DNA of 64,000 nt, from positions 293,560-357,559 of IMG/VR virus record IMGVR_UViG_3300044701_000569; one strand, 5' to 3'. The position numbers were made by a program, and so were the translations under genes. Under the pieces are notes generated by a model. That model ran no database searches and was not told the origin of the DNA. It was given only the letters and a program-made list of their open reading frames with translations. Of the stretch, positions 17,562 to 26,698 are shown one piece after another. Within the stretch, counting starts at the first letter, position 1, and the number at the start of each line of letters is the position of its first letter.

Positions 17562-17978
17562 CTACATAAACTGCTTATTTAATAGTAGCATATTATTCTC
17601 AGTCCAAAATACATTTTTAAGCCCAAAACTAGTGATTGCCCGCATACAACCTGCACAGGGTTTAGCCAGTCCTTCTACCCAACTGCTTGATCCATTATCT
17701 GGGTGTTTAATTCTTACAATATAGATGTCGCATTTAGCGAGCTGATCTTGAGTGATTAGACGCAGTGCATTTTTAATTGCGTCAATTTCAGCGTGAAGAT
17801 AGATGCTGTCTTGATTTTTACCCCACTCCCACATCAAAGGATGGGTTTTGTAGCTGTTTACACCAGTGGCGATTAGATGCCCTTTGTACACGATCCCTGC
17901 GGCTAGTTTATACCTACCCCGAACACCGGGATTTTCAGCCGCCAGACGCATTAACATCTGTTTAATTTTGGGATTCAT
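17562..17978 (-). CDS. cytidine/deoxycytidylate deaminase family protein
   Basis: LHAE and PCAGC zinc motifs. Confidence 0.88.
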   Translation of the reverse strand: MNPKIKQMLMRLAAENPGVRGRYKLAAGIVYKGHLIATGVNSYKTHPLMWEWGKNQDSIYLHAEIDAIKNALRLITQDQLAKCDIYIVRIKHPDNGSSSWVEGLAKPCAGCMRAITSFGLKNVFWTENNMLLLNKQFM

Positions 17979-18007
17979 TTTAAAGATCCTAATTGCCTAT
18001 ATATTTT

Positions 18008-18035
18008 ATTATAGCGACAATTTTGGATCTGTCAA
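18008..18035 (-). promoter_or_regulatory. sigma70-like promoter TTGACA-N16-TATAAT
   Basis: Read directly. Confidence 0.75.
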
Positions 18036-18251
18036 TCAGTATCTGTAGACAATTCTGCCTTTGGACAGATCGTATGGACTCATTTCCAATTTAACTCGAT
18101 CGCCCATAATAATACGGATTTTGTTTTGACGCAGTCTTCCGCCTGTATAAGCGATTAACGTGTGTTCGTTGTCTAATTCTACTTTGAACATTTGATTTGG
18201 CAGCACTTCAGTAACAGTGCCGTCAAATTCAATTAACTCATCCTTGGGCAT
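18036..18251 (-). CDS. infA: translation initiation factor IF-1
   Basis: [14 protein letters not shown]...[26 protein letters not shown]. Confidence 0.96.
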   Translation of the reverse strand: MPKDELIEFDGTVTEVLPNQMFKVELDNEHTLIAYTGGRLRQNKIRIIMGDRVKLEMSPYDLSKGRIVYRY

Positions 18252-18429
18252 CGGTTACCTTCGCTATGGAGAGGCCTCCATCTTCCAATACCTTAATGTG
18301 TAGCTTGTCGCCTGGCTTCCATCCCATACGTTCTGAAATTTCAGGGGGGATAGTCATTAGTACATTTTTGTCATCGCCGGGGATATCCTTAAAGATTTCT
18401 TCGGCTTTATAAGTCATCTTTTTTGTCAT
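18238..18429 (-). CDS. AbrB/MazE-type DNA-binding protein
   Basis: [19 protein letters not shown]. Confidence 0.75.
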   Translation of the reverse strand: MTKKMTYKAEEIFKDIPGDDKNVLMTIPPEISERMGWKPGDKLHIKVLEDGGLSIAKVTDAQG

Positions 18430-18436
18430 GCTTTAT

Positions 18437-19171
18437 TTACCTTGGTTCATACAGTTCGTAAGAATTTGTCATACTGTAGAGACAGAAATCGTATCCACGT
18501 ACTCGCATTTTAGGCAGTGTGCTTCTAATGCCAATTTCTTTCTTAGAGCTAATATAATTCCAAGCTGAGTTACCCATATCTTTAAAAGGAACAGCAACCT
18601 TTAGAAGATTGTTATTCTTATTACTAAAATAAAAGTTTGCAGACTTTTCATTCTTAGAGTATTTAGAAATTTCTTTTACAAATGTCCAAGCTTCATCAGA
18701 AGTATAAGCACCTCTATCATTTGTTAAACTACTATATTCTTTGAATAGAGAGTCTGTTTCAATACTTTCTTTATAAAAGACCGGAAGTTTGACTAGAATG
18801 GGAAGCCTATCGCTTCTAACTGATCGAGACTCTTCTAGAGTGAGCTCCATCTCTCGCATAAAGTCACTGATGTGTTCGCTCTTAAGTCGACGCATTAGTA
18901 GCTTGTGTTTAAAATACTTGCGTATAAGCTCTGCAGTTCTTAAGGAATCTAGCGACGGATTATGTAGACTAGTATAGTTAACTAAAGCATCATAGATTTC
19001 ATGCGGCTGTTTACCAGCATTAGAATAATCAACCACTACTGCAAGTGAATCAACTGTAAACTCGTGGATACGATAAGATATGTTAGGAATAGAAGTTGTT
19101 GCTTCTTCCTCATCATCAAAAATAAAATTATTACTGTGAGTTGTCGCCAGTATCTGTGCAATGGGTTTCAT
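18437..19171 (-). CDS. hypothetical protein
   Basis: 244-aa ORF. Confidence 0.7.
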   Translation of the reverse strand: MKPIAQILATTHSNNFIFDDEEEATTSIPNISYRIHEFTVDSLAVVVDYSNAGKQPHEIYDALVNYTSLHNPSLDSLRTAELIRKYFKHKLLMRRLKSEHISDFMREMELTLEESRSVRSDRLPILVKLPVFYKESIETDSLFKEYSSLTNDRGAYTSDEAWTFVKEISKYSKNEKSANFYFSNKNNNLLKVAVPFKDMGNSAWNYISSKKEIGIRSTLPKMRVRGYDFCLYSMTNSYELYEPR

Positions 19172-19404
19172 TAAAGATCCTTATCAAACTCTTTTGTTGT
19201 GTAGTAATCTAAAAGTTGACGCTCAATATGTCCTAGAGTAATACCGTAAGATCCCGAAGTAATAAATCTAAAGGGTAGTTTACCCCAACCTCGATTTCTT
19301 AAATATTGCCTGTATGCTTCTCTGTGTTTTTTATTTGTGGCATCAAAATTTACTTCAGGTCGACCTTTATTAAGCATCGTCTTCGTCTTCATTAGCTTCG
19401 CCAA
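19171..19404 (-). CDS. hypothetical protein
   Basis: 77-aa basic ORF. Confidence 0.7.
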   Translation of the reverse strand: MAKLMKTKTMLNKGRPEVNFDATNKKHREAYRQYLRNRGWGKLPFRFITSGSYGITLGHIERQLLDYYTTKEFDKDL

Positions 19405-19789
19405 ACGGCAATGGCAAATCTTCTTCGGCTTCGTCTTCTTCCTCTTCTTCTCGCGAAGCTTTCTTAGTCTTTACATAGTCCATAGGAGTGATGCTTAGTG
19501 TGCGTCCATCTACTCGCATCTGTTCTTCTAGTGTAAACAGTTTAGTAAGACTACCCGGACCTTCCCATACTTCATTCATAGCAGCATTAATATCGTTTAA
19601 CGATACTCTGCTTAGGCGCAGTACACCAAAATAACGCTGTAGGTATCCAAGATAGACTTCCGGAATCAACTTGTGATCGGAGAACTTAAAGGTTCCATTG
19701 AACCCAGCTGGATGCATTGGGTTTTCTGCGAACTCGGGCCTATTGTAAAAAGAGATTTTATCTTCACATGCCTTTTGATAATCAAACAT
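19370..19789 (-). CDS. hypothetical protein with acidic C-terminal tail
   Basis: EEEEEDEAEED...EDEDDA. Confidence 0.7.
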   Translation of the reverse strand: MFDYQKACEDKISFYNRPEFAENPMHPAGFNGTFKFSDHKLIPEVYLGYLQRYFGVLRLSRVSLNDINAAMNEVWEGPGSLTKLFTLEEQMRVDGRTLSITPMDYVKTKKASREEEEEDEAEEDLPLPFGEANEDEDDA

Positions 19790-19790
19790 A

Positions 19791-20033
19791 TTAACGTTTT
19801 CCTAGTAGTTTAAGGTTAAGAACAAAGTTTTCTACAAGTAGTTTAACAATGATTGCCTTGTCTGTCAAGAGGTCATTCTTCATTTCCATAACATGACTAG
19901 CCATCATTGCATACGCTTGTTTTTCTGTGATGTTAAGATCCGTCCAATCAATTGGATCTTCCATCTCCATCTCCATTGCTAGTTCAATTAGCAATGCAAG
20001 ATTTGGATCTGTTGGTTCAAAAATGTCACTCAA
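19791..20033 (-). CDS. hypothetical protein, paralogue of 2732..2989
   Basis: DPIDW...KLLVENFVLN. Confidence 0.75.
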   Translation of the reverse strand: MSDIFEPTDPNLALLIELAMEMEMEDPIDWTDLNITEKQAYAMMASHVMEMKNDLLTDKAIIVKLLVENFVLNLKLLGKR

Positions 20034-20036
20034 TGT

Positions 20037-20774
20037 TTAGTCCCAAAGTGCTTGATAATATTTTCCAAAAAGACGGAAGCCGTTAGTGATACGAGCTTGA
20101 TATTCCTTCATTCCGTCCCAGTCAGTCTCAGCAGTATGGTTTGGTCCGTCTACCATTTGATAAAGTTTGGCAGTACCATCGTCGTTCCACTCAACTACTT
20201 TAGAACGGAGATCGTACTCTCCCTTGCGGAATTGATCTTCCCAGCTTTCATCAAGTTCGGATTCAAATGCAAAAATCATCTGATCCATAACCCAATCCCA
20301 ACGTTTGAAATGATTAGTATCAGTGTCCCATTCGTTTTCTTTTGGAGGAGCACTGGTAGAGCGTAGCTCTTCAGGCACGTCTTCGTCATCAACAAAAGGT
20401 GCGCCGTGCTTAGATGCCTTTAGCTGTTTAAGCATAGGCAGTGCAATAAGAGCAAGAGTATGATCCATGCTCCAGGTATCGTAACGATCAATACGAATCT
20501 TTATCTTGCGCTCACGCTTGCTTTCAACCCACTTTAAAAATTTGTAAAGCCAAGTTTCTGAACGATCATCGCTCCAGCGGTCCACATCAGGATTATCTTT
20601 GGTGGGTCTTGGTACTACATTACCGTGAGCTAACCACTCACCAAAATCATGCACCCAGTTAGGCTTGCTTTCAATGCCAAACTCGTCTTTTACAGGCTTC
20701 GCCCAAAAGCAGAGCAGCTCTGCTAGCTGGTAGGGTCCAAACCAATTCTTGTAGGGTCCAATATAGACTTTCAT
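20037..20774 (-). CDS. conserved hypothetical phage protein
   Basis: IRIDRYDTWSMDHTLA...GFRLFGKYYQALWD. Confidence 0.8.
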   Translation of the reverse strand: MKVYIGPYKNWFGPYQLAELLCFWAKPVKDEFGIESKPNWVHDFGEWLAHGNVVPRPTKDNPDVDRWSDDRSETWLYKFLKWVESKRERKIKIRIDRYDTWSMDHTLALIALPMLKQLKASKHGAPFVDDEDVPEELRSTSAPPKENEWDTDTNHFKRWDWVMDQMIFAFESELDESWEDQFRKGEYDLRSKVVEWNDDGTAKLYQMVDGPNHTAETDWDGMKEYQARITNGFRLFGKYYQALWD

Positions 20775-21121
20775 TTTTCCACCTTTGTATTTCGTTTATC
20801 TCTAAAGAGTTTAACATCCTTCATTGCACTTGTCAAGGCCGTAGCATAATTTAAAGCCTGTTGTTCACTCATGCAAATGGTGGTTTCGTGTTCCAAATAT
20901 CCTTTTGTAAGTAGATTCCAAAACTGTCGCCAGCGAGTTATACTCCAAAAAGGACTTTTCACTGTAACGTGTATGTTTACACTAACACCAGTGTCGTCAG
21001 CTTCTACCCAAAGATGATGTGTATGGTCAGGTTGTCCGCAGCCGCAAACAACATCATAAACTTTTGAGTCTCCCCAATCGTTTACTATTAAAATGCCTTC
21101 TGCTGGTTTTTGTATCTTCAT
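20771..21121 (-). CDS. hypothetical protein (CxC-H motif)
   Basis: VCGCGQPDHTH. Confidence 0.7.
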   Translation of the reverse strand: MKIQKPAEGILIVNDWGDSKVYDVVCGCGQPDHTHHLWVEADDTGVSVNIHVTVKSPFWSITRWRQFWNLLTKGYLEHETTICMSEQQALNYATALTSAMKDVKLFRDKRNTKVEK

Positions 21122-21849
21122 TGTGCTTTTGATTCTATACTGAGATCCTTGCTCTTTAGAGCAAACATATGGTCTCGTAGTTTTTCCATTAGCCCTTGAT
21201 TTCTCAACATTTTAAAAACTAGGTTTTCAACTGAAAACTCTCCGCCTGATTCTAGTCCAGCTTTTCTCATTCTCTTTAAGTCATCCCATTGTTGATTCAC
21301 TTCAACGAGACTGTCTGACTTAAGAACAGTTTTGATTTCGCCACTGTACTGTTTGTATTTTCTTTGTACATCCTGACTGTTAATGTCAACCTGTTCTTTC
21401 TTAGGTTCACTGACCCATTTATCTTTGAGAACACTGTAGATACCTAGACTGTGATGCTCTTGTGCTACATCCTGTACATAGACTTCAACGTCAATGCCTT
21501 TTACTTTGATATCATACTGTGTGTTGTATTGATTCTTCTTAGCATCAAATAATTCTGGAAACTCAGGCTCATTTTCTGGAACTTTAGCTACTATATGTAG
21601 ATCAATGTCACTGTATTTTGTATAGGAATAAGCAGCATTAGATCCGCTCACTGTTATATCAACTAACGATATCTTAACACCTATAAAATCTATAAAGTCT
21701 TTGATTACTTCCAGTAGACCCTTACGTATCGCTGGGTGCATTCTTCCACTGTTATCCCACAGTTTAGGATTTAGATCGTCGTGAAACACTACAGCTGAAT
21801 CCACGCTGACTTCATTTTTTTGCGATACGGTAAACTCTTTAATTAGCAT
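21118..21849 (-). CDS. Pol-beta superfamily nucleotidyltransferase
   Basis: SGSNA...SDIDLH...VEVYVQ; TAAATA 4 nt before the ATG. Confidence 0.85.
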   Translation of the reverse strand: MLIKEFTVSQKNEVSVDSAVVFHDDLNPKLWDNSGRMHPAIRKGLLEVIKDFIDFIGVKISLVDITVSGSNAAYSYTKYSDIDLHIVAKVPENEPEFPELFDAKKNQYNTQYDIKVKGIDVEVYVQDVAQEHHSLGIYSVLKDKWVSEPKKEQVDINSQDVQRKYKQYSGEIKTVLKSDSLVEVNQQWDDLKRMRKAGLESGGEFSVENLVFKMLRNQGLMEKLRDHMFALKSKDLSIESKAQ

Positions 21850-21871
21850 ACAGTATTTAGCGCATCAAAAA

Positions 21872-22090
21872 TCAATTCAGCATAGATCCGCCGCTAAACG
21901 GCTTAACATCGTCTCGGCTTTCAGAAATACGATCAATTATTGCTTCAAATCCCTCAGTATCTAAATAGGTTTTATACATGCTGAGAGCAATAACACTCAT
22001 AATAGCGGCTATTTCCATAGGATCGTAATCTTCTAACATTAGATCTGTAAATGTTAAAAATTTACGATACAATTCATCTTGATCATTCAA
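21872..22090 (-). CDS. hypothetical protein
   Basis: 72-aa ORF. Confidence 0.7.
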   Translation of the reverse strand: MNDQDELYRKFLTFTDLMLEDYDPMEIAAIMSVIALSMYKTYLDTEGFEAIIDRISESRDDVKPFSGGSMLN

Positions 22091-22562
22091 TGAAACGCTC
22101 CTTTAGTCTTTGTTGACGCTCAAGTTCATGTTCGTCGCAAAGTGTACGCATCCAACCGCCTGTGCGCCAGCTTCCAGGAGTTCCGCATTCCTCACAGGTT
22201 GTAGCAGCCATAGCTTCTGCCATACGTACCATGCCGTGAATCTGTTCATCGCCGCCACTGTAGTAAAAACGCAGACCGCCAAACTTTTCCTTAACCTGCA
22301 TAGCAACAACCTGCTCTACATGTGGTGTGCGAGGATAACCTGGCTCGCCTGTTTCTACACCCTTTTCAACTTCCCACTGTCTGCGCTTTTCAACCCAATC
22401 AATATGATGTTGAATACAGGCACAAAGATTGTTGATAATATTGTACCAACCTTCTCCACAACTAAAACCCCAGCACATGGCTGTTTCGTTCATTGGTGAG
22501 TTTCTGTCCCTAAAAATCTTAGGGTACTTTTCGCACAACTGTTTATCTAGTTCTTCTCTCAT
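22083..22562 (-). CDS. conserved phage protein with C-terminal Zn ribbon
   Basis: QVKEKFGGLRFY, CEECG...LCDEH. Confidence 0.8.
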   Translation of the reverse strand: MREELDKQLCEKYPKIFRDRNSPMNETAMCWGFSCGEGWYNIINNLCACIQHHIDWVEKRRQWEVEKGVETGEPGYPRTPHVEQVVAMQVKEKFGGLRFYYSGGDEQIHGMVRMAEAMAATTCEECGTPGSWRTGGWMRTLCDEHELERQQRLKERFIE

Positions 22563-22573
22563 AATACAACTCC

Positions 22574-22993
22574 TTAGGATAGTCCTGCTAGTAACTTATA
22601 GTTATTCCATGCCTTTTGTGCTGCTGGATTCTTAGCAACTTCTTCCTCAGGCGCAAATGTGTCAAGCCAGTAGTAGGGCAAGCGACGCGGGTGAGCACCA
22701 AACTTACGAGGCTGATGGAACTTACCTTGATTCCATAATTCAATGCTTACATTACGAAAACGCTCTTCATCTTCGTCTTTGTAACCAGCCCATTCTGGAT
22801 TAGAACCGCCAAAAAATCCACGCATTAGATTAGCATCAGATCCTCCAGCATAACCTTGCCAAATACCTTGCCACTGCTCATCATTATTGGGATCAAAGTC
22901 TGTTCTAGCCACAATAACCAAAACATCATTAATATCTACGATGCCTTCCACAATATCACGAATGCAACGGCTGTAACTCAATCCAATTTTCAT
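22574..22993 (-). CDS. hypothetical protein
   Basis: 139-aa ORF; TTGACA-N16-TATCAT promoter at 23027-23054. Confidence 0.75.
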   Translation of the reverse strand: MKIGLSYSRCIRDIVEGIVDINDVLVIVARTDFDPNNDEQWQGIWQGYAGGSDANLMRGFFGGSNPEWAGYKDEDEERFRNVSIELWNQGKFHQPRKFGAHPRRLPYYWLDTFAPEEEVAKNPAAQKAWNNYKLLAGLS

Positions 22994-23069
22994 TTTAAGG
23001 GCCTCAATAAAAAACTTTATGCTTATATGATAGCAGATTTAATTTCGTTGTCAACCACTAAATAATAGT

Positions 23070-23510
23070 ATGGAAGATGCTTACACTACAGCATTTTACG
23101 ATCTAGTCAAGGACACTCAAGAGCGTTCAGGTTTCGAATTGCCAGAACAGATTGAGGCGTATGTAGTCATGCTGTTGGCTAATTTTGTTGATCGTCCAAA
23201 CTTTCTCCCAACTCGATCATTTGCAGAAGCATACTTAAAACTTCATCGTCCTGCAGACCTGTCAGCTAAAGAACTAGGTGATACCTGTCTTTTTGTTACC
23301 GGTGTATTTCCTACCTACGGTTCAAACAGAGGCATGAATAGACGCTACTATCAAACTATTGGTATAGGATCTTATGAAATGGTCGCTGAAGTAATGCACA
23401 GAGATTTGTTTATCAATCTTGCAACCCACTTTGAGTTTATCAGCGACTTTATAGAATTAACTGTAAGGAATAAAAATCTAGGGGCCGTAACCCCTAGATT
23501 TGATTTATGA
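23070..23510 (+). CDS. hypothetical protein (late, possibly leaderless)
   Basis: TAAATA at 23059-23064, 5 nt before the ATG. Confidence 0.75.
   Translation: MEDAYTTAFYDLVKDTQERSGFELPEQIEAYVVMLLANFVDRPNFLPTRSFAEAYLKLHRPADLSAKELGDTCLFVTGVFPTYGSNRGMNRRYYQTIGIGSYEMVAEVMHRDLFINLATHFEFISDFIELTVRNKNLGAVTPRFDL
23473..23501. terminator. hairpin between convergent genes
   Basis: aaatctagggg-ccgtaa-cccctagattt. Confidence 0.65.
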
Positions 23511-24011
23511 ATTTAATACCTTAGCAACTGAATTCATAACACTAGCAATACGTCCAATGTCACGAAGCTGTTCAACTGTATAGCCTTCTGTCTTCAGTGT
23601 TTCATAATGTGCCTTAACACAGAAATGACACTTGCCTACAATACTGGCAGCAAGACTAAACGCTTCAAAGTTTGACTTAGTAGTTCCGCCATGACTAGCA
23701 ATAGCGTTCATGCGTAACTGTGCTGGCAATCCTTTCAGCGCAGGATCATCAGCCATCTCAACATAGGGGTACCAGGTATTGTTTTGGGCCATAGTTGATG
23801 CGGCTGTCATTGCTGACTCTGCGTATACTGGAGCATCTGCTAATAGTACAGCAAGTACTTTACCGTTGCCTGTTGAGGCAAGTGCGGCTACAGCACAACC
23901 CATAGCTACATCTGCATCTAGTGTACTACGCAATAGAACAGCGTCAAGATTTAACTTGGTGTCCTTTGCGTAGTCTGGCAACGCAGTTTTAATTGCGTCA
24001 ATGAATGCCAT
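23505..24011 (-). CDS. ahpD: alkyl hydroperoxidase D
   Basis: LPDYAKDTKLNL, MAQNNTWY, LRMN, GKCHFCVKAH. Confidence 0.93.
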   Translation of the reverse strand: MAFIDAIKTALPDYAKDTKLNLDAVLLRSTLDADVAMGCAVAALASTGNGKVLAVLLADAPVYAESAMTAASTMAQNNTWYPYVEMADDPALKGLPAQLRMNAIASHGGTTKSNFEAFSLAASIVGKCHFCVKAHYETLKTEGYTVEQLRDIGRIASVMNSVAKVLNS

Positions 24012-24544
24012 TACAGTGTCTCTCCGCCTACTGCACGATTACATGCACAAAGTTCACCAGTTTGTAGAGCGTCTAGTACACGCAGAGTTTCTTCTGGGCT
24101 ACGACCTACGTTCAAGTTGTTGACAGTAACGTGCTGGATAACATTGTTTGGGTCAACGATGAATGTAGCACGAAGTGCTGCGCCTGCTGGAGCGTAGAAT
24201 ACACCAAGTTGATTGATTAGGCTTAGTTCACCACGCTGTGTGTCTGCGAACTGTGTATGTGTAATCTTAGCAAGATCAGGATGTGCCTTCTGCCATGCTA
24301 GCTTGCAGAACTCATTGTCTGTGCTTCCTGTGAGCAATACTGCATCACGATCCTTAAAGTCGCCTGTTAGCTTGTCGTAAGCAACGATTTCTGTTGGGCA
24401 AACGAATGTAAAGTCCTTAGGGTAATATACAATTACCTTCCACTTGCCTTCAAATGACTCGTCTGTAATGTCAAAGAATTGATCACTACCTGGGTTTACG
24501 CCTGTAACGGCAAATGCTTCTAGCTTATCGCCAACTGTTTTCAT
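24011..24544 (-). CDS. ahpC: alkyl hydroperoxide reductase C (2-Cys peroxiredoxin)
   Basis: YPKDFTFVCPTE, ALRATFIVDP, VGRS, LCAC. Confidence 0.95.
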   Translation of the reverse strand: MKTVGDKLEAFAVTGVNPGSDQFFDITDESFEGKWKVIVYYPKDFTFVCPTEIVAYDKLTGDFKDRDAVLLTGSTDNEFCKLAWQKAHPDLAKITHTQFADTQRGELSLINQLGVFYAPAGAALRATFIVDPNNVIQHVTVNNLNVGRSPEETLRVLDALQTGELCACNRAVGGETL

Positions 24545-24601
24545 GTGTGTCTCCTTATGTTATGAAAAATACTCAGTAGAAGTTTGCTACTTCATTCATT
24601 A

Positions 24602-24630
24602 AGTATACATTTATTTACAATTAAAATCAA
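24602..24630 (-). promoter_or_regulatory. ahpC promoter TTGATT-N17-TATACT with internal TAAATA
   Basis: Read directly. Confidence 0.7.
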
Positions 24631-24650
24631 CTATTATTTGTGGATTTTTT

Positions 24651-24687
24651 ATTGTATTTTTCTATTACTGTAATTGATTAAACCAAT
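24651..24687. promoter_or_regulatory. putative OxyR binding site
   Basis: ATTG-N7-CTAT-N7-ATTG-N7-CAAT versus consensus ATAG-N7-CTAT-N7-ATAG-N7-CTAT, upstream of ahpC. Confidence 0.7.
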
Positions 24688-25292
24688 TACAGACTTAGAT
24701 CTAAAAGATGACGGCCTTCTCGTATTTCGCCTCTTACAAAAGAGTTGAAAGCCAATGTTGTTCGTGTATAATTGTTTCTTGTTGGTGCTACAGAATGTGT
24801 GATCTTGCTAGGAAATAAAACTATGTCTCCTGTATTTACAGGACAAGTTGCCATAGTAGTGTTCCATTGATTATCAGAACCTGCAGGTATATAAATCTGT
24901 TGAAACTCTTTCTTATGAAAGATTATTGCATCATAGTTTCTATTAGCATTTATATATAGACACCCAGATACTAAACTATTTTGATGCTGATGTTCGTGAA
25001 AATACTGTCCTGGGTCTAACCAACTTAACCAGCTTTGAGTAATTTCTATAGTTAAATTATTCTTTGGGGAATAAACCTTCTTAAGATAATTGTCTAGTTC
25101 ATTTTGAACTATGGTCCTAATATTAGTCATCTCTGGTCTATCCAAAACATATTGATCATCGCCCATAAGATTACCTATGTTCTGCATAGCAGTCGTTTTT
25201 TCATTATCAAAGAATTCGAGTTCGCCCTGATGGAAGTTTCTAGGCATTTGACTGATAGAAACAGCGGTTGGGAATATATCTACAATAGGCAT
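24687..25292 (-). CDS. 2OG-Fe(II) oxygenase (TIGR02466-like)
   Basis: HQHQNSLVSGCLY, LFPS..THSV, RTTLAFN. Confidence 0.85.
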   Translation of the reverse strand: MPIVDIFPTAVSISQMPRNFHQGELEFFDNEKTTAMQNIGNLMGDDQYVLDRPEMTNIRTIVQNELDNYLKKVYSPKNNLTIEITQSWLSWLDPGQYFHEHQHQNSLVSGCLYINANRNYDAIIFHKKEFQQIYIPAGSDNQWNTTMATCPVNTGDIVLFPSKITHSVAPTRNNYTRTTLAFNSFVRGEIREGRHLLDLSL

Positions 25293-25391
25293 GGTGTTCC
25301 TTACATTATAGTAGTAGTTATTGTTAACTGTCAGAATTTAAAGGTAAAAGTGGTAAATACATGTAGCGCAGAGCGTGAGGGGCATACAAAT

Positions 25392-25670
25392 ATGGAATTT
25401 CTAAAACTCGTGGGCGAGGTAGGGTTTCCGATTGCTGCTGCTATAGCAGCCGGTTATTTCGTCTTTTTAACAGTAAAATTTATTCTGCAGGGCGTAAACA
25501 GCAGTGTAAACGGATTAAAAAACATTATTAGTGCTCTGGACAATCGTGTCCAGACTATGAACAACGACCTAGTTAAGATTGATGCGCTGTTAAGCTACGT
25601 TATTGGTGTTAGACCTAACGTTGACAGACTAGCAGCTAACGAAGGCAAAGAGGATGCTAGGAGAGATTAA
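25392..25670 (+). CDS. YvrJ-like small membrane protein
   Basis: VGFPI motif, TM helix, coiled coil; GAGG SD and TAAATA upstream. Start reassigned from 25104. Confidence 0.75.
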   Translation: MEFLKLVGEVGFPIAAAIAAGYFVFLTVKFILQGVNSSVNGLKNIISALDNRVQTMNNDLVKIDALLSYVIGVRPNVDRLAANEGKEDARRD

Positions 25671-26014
25671 TGAATACCAATGAATTAGTACAAGCAATTA
25701 ATCAATACGGATTTCCTATTATAGCTGCAATGGGCTTAGGATACTTTGTATATTACATCTGGCAGTGGGCAACACAGGAAATTAAACCAGTGCTTGGGGA
25801 CGCAAGCTCAACCCTAATTAAACTTGTGGATCGTATTCGCATGTTAGACAATGACATGATACGTCTCAACACAAAACTATCAATGGTGCTAGAGTATCGT
25901 CAAGAAATTGAAGCCGCTGCTACACAAAAAGAAAAAGAAGACCTAGAAGAGCTATTGCACAAGTATAAGAGCTTCAGCAAAGGTTTTGATTCTACAGGTG
26001 ATGCTAAAAAATGA
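25670..26014 (+). CDS. YvrJ-like small membrane protein (paralogue of the previous gene)
   Basis: YGFPI...GYFV...DRIRMLDNDMIRL. Confidence 0.75.
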   Translation: MNTNELVQAINQYGFPIIAAMGLGYFVYYIWQWATQEIKPVLGDASSTLIKLVDRIRMLDNDMIRLNTKLSMVLEYRQEIEAAATQKEKEDLEELLHKYKSFSKGFDSTGDAKK

Positions 26015-26154
26015 CAGGACTGTTAAATGCTATAAGCGGTAAAGTTTTTACTGAATGCGACCTAGTCGCAGCACTAGGGGTAGGATTCTTAATTGGAACG
26101 CTCTACACACTTACTGTTTTAATGTTGTTACACAAGCTTCAAGGCGTGTTTTAA
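26011..26154 (+). CDS. possible small membrane protein, 47 aa
   Basis: ATGA-coupled; LVAALGVGFLIGTLYTLTVLMLL; overlaps the 3' end of the convergent gene. Confidence 0.4.
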   Translation: MTGLLNAISGKVFTECDLVAALGVGFLIGTLYTLTVLMLLHKLQGVF

Positions 26155-26698
26155 TAATATCAATCACTGAATCACTGAGTACTACTTCATAGTGATTTAG
26201 CTCTACTTCTACCAGTTCCATATCTTCATGATGCTTCATGCTGTCAATAGTAACTACACCGTCGTTGGGTGCTATCATAAAAGGGCTTTGTCCTCGTAAC
26301 GTAACTACGTTAGTCCACGGATGTTGTATCTTAATTTTATCTGCTTGCCTCATGGGCCAACTGTTGGGACCTATGTCTCTCATTAGTCTAGAGAACGGTA
26401 AAAAATACTGTACATAATTTGCTACTTCTGCTCCGCCGTAGGGCGTACTAAGAGTCACAGCACCCAGCACTTGTTTAGGCATATGATTGGCTAGATGTAG
26501 AGAGTATATACCGCCTAAACTATGTGCTATAAAAAATATATCTTTTGTATTCATTAACGACAGTTTCATTGCAGCTAGATTATTTTCAAATCCGTCTCTA
26601 CTGTCGTAGTCAATGTCTATGCCCCTGCCTAGCTTGCTTCTAATATAATTAAAACTTTCGCTAGTAGCACTAGCACCATGTATGTAAACTAGGTTCAT
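26111..26698 (-). CDS. alpha/beta hydrolase (lipase/esterase-like)
   Basis: YIHG oxyanion segment, AHSLGG nucleophile, NDGVV, NHYEV. Confidence 0.88.
   Translation of the reverse strand: MNLVYIHGASATSESFNYIRSKLGRGIDIDYDSRDGFENNLAAMKLSLMNTKDIFFIAHSLGGIYSLHLANHMPKQVLGAVTLSTPYGGAEVANYVQYFLPFSRLMRDIGPNSWPMRQADKIKIQHPWTNVVTLRGQSPFMIAPNDGVVTIDSMKHHEDMELVEVELNHYEVVLSDSVIDIIKTRLEACVTTLKQ

Noticed and set aside
18238-18429. MazEF-type toxin-antitoxin pair
   Set aside because: The AbrB-like gene is followed by IF-1; no recognisable toxin is adjacent.
25104-25391. N-terminal extension of the 188-aa plus-strand ORF
   Set aside because: Overlaps the oxygenase gene on the opposite strand; promoter and SD support a start at 25392.
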